This document shows, piece after piece, positions 61,212 through 64,000 of a DNA stretch of 64,000 bases. Position numbers and translations under genes: made by a program. The notes beneath the pieces are model-generated. The model had not been told where the DNA came from. It made no database searches and saw nothing but the letters and a program-made list of their open reading frames with translations. Positions within the stretch are counted from its first letter, which is position 1. Each line of letters starts with the position of its first letter. Source of the stretch: Zygnema circumcarinatum SAG 698-1b. Its lineage: Eukaryota; Plantae; Zygnematophyceae. The DNA lies in NCBI GenBank assembly GCA_037447605.1, contig CM074809.1, forward strand, positions 124,001 to 188,000, read 5' to 3'.

Positions 61212-61990
61212 ACGTCTGGCTTCATTCATCGTCCTAATAAAAAGTATGAAATTATTTTTTTCTGACCGAAATTCCGAAAAAAACTGCCAATCTTTAATTT
61301 GATTGAGCGGGAGGAGGAGCCGCTTGCTGTTATTGGAGGAAGAAATTTCTATTCGTCTGTTACAAAGTTTTGGGCTGCCCGACCTCTGGTTCTCTCTGCC
61401 CTTAAATTATTTTGGGGCCCGGTCCGGTCAGCAAGTTTTTTGGCTTTTTTAGCGCGTCCGCCCTTTGTGGTCGTGAGTAGTCGATCCAAGAATCTTGGGC
61501 TGCTCTAGAGTCGTGTTGTTCAACACGACAGAGTTGTTCCAACATGGGAGCATGACAGTAGTCGGTAGTGTACATAGGCCACTTACTCATGAGAGTGATC
61601 GCAGGCAGCGAAACAAATTCATTTTCTTTCTAGAGAAGATTGGGAACTTGTTGTTGTTGTTGTTGGTTCAAACTATTACTTGGTAGAGAGGGGTATGAAT
61701 ATACTTTTTTTTGTTGTGCAACCGCATAGTAAGCGGGGGCTTGAATGCTTAAAGCAAAATAAGGGAAATATATATATATGTGCATACATTAGAGTGCGAT
61801 TCATGCTCAATGTCTTTGGTTCTAACAACAATGCTTTTGTGAGCACAAGTGACTATGCTGCTCTTCTAGACATTTTTTACACGGCCTACATTTGACTTGC
61901 ATGTATGCACGCAACACCACTGTGACCATCTTGAACAATTGTGAATGAGAACATGCTGCAACAATGTCGAGTCGTCCACAACAATAGGAC

Positions 61991-62152
61991 TAGGGATGTT
62001 CGCTGTATCGTATCGTACCACGTTCTCCATATTGTACCGAATCATATTGTCGAAATCAAGTACTGTATCAATTATCGTACCGCCACATTATATCGTATCG
62101 CGATACTTATTACAGAATATCGCAATCGTATTATATCGCCCTCGACTCCCCT
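61991..62152. mobile_element. Possible degenerate hAT-type non-autonomous element remnant
   Basis: Starts TAGGGATG, is filled with ATCG/TATCGT/CGATA motifs in both orientations and ends ...ATATCGCCCTCGACTCCCCT. The TIR match is weak and no TSD was verified. Confidence 0.3.
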
Positions 62153-62221
62153 CTCGTCTCCTCCGACTCTCTTCCTTTCTCTCCCCCTCTCTCTCTCTCT
62201 CCAACCCTCGCCTTTCCGTCA

Positions 62222-63753
62222 ATGGCGTTCCTGACGTCTCAGCTGTTGATAGCCCTTGGATTGACCCTCGTGGGAGGAGCCAGCACAGCTCTAGGTCCGT
62301 GCAGCCCAATCATGCCATGCCCTGAAAGCCTGAAGACTTAAAAACATTACAGCTCTGGAATCTGTTTCTGAAACCTTTTGACAGTCTGCGAGCCCTACTT
62401 TTATAAAAACCGTAGGATGTTGGAAACCGGGATTGCAAAAACCATGCAGACAGACTTCCTCTTAGACCACTGAATGCTGACATCACCTGGAGGGTCTACA
62501 GGGGGCTTGGTGGTGGTGCTGCAGCCGGCACCGAATATGCGCTCCCTCGGGCTGCTGCAGGTGGATCTCTCGCTCTCTGTCTCTCTCCCTCCCTCTCCTC
62601 CTTCCTCCACTCGCTTTTTTCTGCCTCTTTGTCTGATCAGCCCTCCCGGCTTCTCTCTTCTCTATGCATTATGTCTCACTCTCTCCGTCTCTCTTTTCTC
62701 CACTCTCTCCTTCGCTCTAATCAACTTTCGGGCTACCACTCTCTCCTTCGCTCTACAAATTCCTCATACTGCTTCTGAATCTTCTGAGACATGTATTTGC
62801 ACTCCCAGAAGCTCAGCAGTCATCCTTGTTCAAATATGTTCGCACGCGTGTGCTTGTACTTTGTTCAATGCAATATTTTCAGGGTTAAGGGCTTCAATTT
62901 TTGCATCTCTCACTCCTAAATTGCCTAGTGAAGGCTTCAGGGGGTTCACTATCAGACGTGGGGTCATGATTGAGAATTCAGCTTCAGGGTTCAGGATTAG
63001 GGTTCCTGAAGTTGAGCAATATCCGCGCTCACCGTCCTTTTTCAAAGTCCGCTGCCTTTAACTTTACAAAAAATAGTCATCTTCGCTCCTGCTACTTGTT
63101 GAAAATATTTCTATACCTCTTTTTCCAATAATTTTGCTTAGCGCACTGAGCTGAAGCAGGGCTTTGCTGCAGGACTCATGCTCTCCATCTCCTTCTTCGA
63201 TCTCGTGCACAACGCCATCAATGCTGTCGGATTCGCTGCTGCAAACATTTGGGTATGCGCGTTCACCCAAATATTGACTTCCAACTGCCTGCATTGCTTT
63301 CGCCTTTACTTTTACTTTTGCTTCGCCTTGTCGTTGGTTTCTAAAATTTCTTGCATATAACTTCACATATGGCAAGTGCAAGTACAAGAGTTCATGCCGT
63401 TCCACGGCTCGTCAAGTCTGCAGACTTAGGTCTTCAGTTTCTATCTATCTGATGTGTGCGAAATTGGGTGCCAATCCTTAATTTTAATGTCAGAAAATTG
63501 TCGGATGCAGTTCTTTGCAGGGGCGGGTATGTTCGCCGCTGTGGTGCAGCTAATTCCGGAGCCCAATTTAGGGCCTGCTCCGGATCAGCGCAGAAAAGAT
63601 CGCGGGGCGATCTTTCAGAGTGAAGCGGTACGGACGGAGTCGGTGCATAAGAGGCGGAGAAAGGAAGTGCTCTTCAGCGGCATCGTTACTGCAGTGGGAA
63701 TCAGTCTGCATAACTTTCCTGAAGGAGTTGCTGTTTTTTTGGGATCGCTCAAG
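62222..63753 (+). CDS. ZTP29: ZIP-family zinc transporter ZTP29-like, 5' part (runs off the window)
   Basis: Exons 62222-62294 (MAFLTSQLLIALGLTLVGGASTAL), about 62503-62560 (GLVVVLQPAPNMRSLGLLQ), 63160-63252 (GFAAGLMLSISFFDLVHNAINAVGFAAANIW) and 63511-63753 (FFAG...IPEPNLGP...SGIVTAVGISLHNFPEGVAVFLGSLK), with the ZIP motif HNFPEG. Confidence 0.95.
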
Positions 63754-64000
63754 GTAAGTGCGGCGGAACTGGGAAGAACTTTGAGGAGAAGTTCACTTTC
63801 TTCCTCTCTCGCGCTCTATCTCTCTCTCTTTCTCTTTCTCTCTCCCTCTCCCTCTCTCTCTCGTTTTCTCTCTCTCTCTCCCTCTCTCTCTCTCTCGCTC
63901 TCTCTCTCTCTCTCCACGAAGGATGAGAGTCTGGGAACTTCCAACGAAACCACCTTTGTTCTCGTTTGCCCCCCTCTCTCTCCAAAGAGAGGTAGGGAAA

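Overview
Eukaryotic, intron-rich nuclear DNA from the green-plant lineage. A streptophyte alga or other non-seed plant is inferred from plant-type gene families, extreme GA/CT microsatellite content and TTTAGGG-like tracts; the species cannot be determined from sequence alone. Fourteen protein-coding loci were reconstructed by eye from exon translations and GT/GC-AG junctions, in this order: SAE1 (3' part, +), GT47/exostosin glycosyltransferase (-), an unusual adenylate kinase (+), UDP-GlcNAc pyrophosphorylase (-), NDUFV2 (+), mRNA cap N7-methyltransferase 2-like (-), FkbM-like membrane-anchored methyltransferase copies 1 and 2 (+), a small TM/coiled-coil protein (-), a NIP-like RING-H2 E3 ligase with an added RanBP2-type zinc finger (+), methyltransferase copy 3 (-, inverted), a NEN-like DEDDh exonuclease (+), a subfamily-X bHLH with a very long low-complexity N-terminus (+) and ZTP29 (5' part, +). 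A gene-free island (44.2-48.7 kb) holds two adjacent, related TA-flanked foldback/MITE elements and four block-conserved copies of an unidentified ~120-140 bp motif. Introns are full of telomere-like (TTTAGGG/TTCAGGG) tracts and long purine/pyrimidine tracts. There are five 10-N gaps; two are associated with near-exact duplications that are probably assembly artefacts. All family assignments rest on recognised motifs, not database searches, and exon boundaries are manual predictions.
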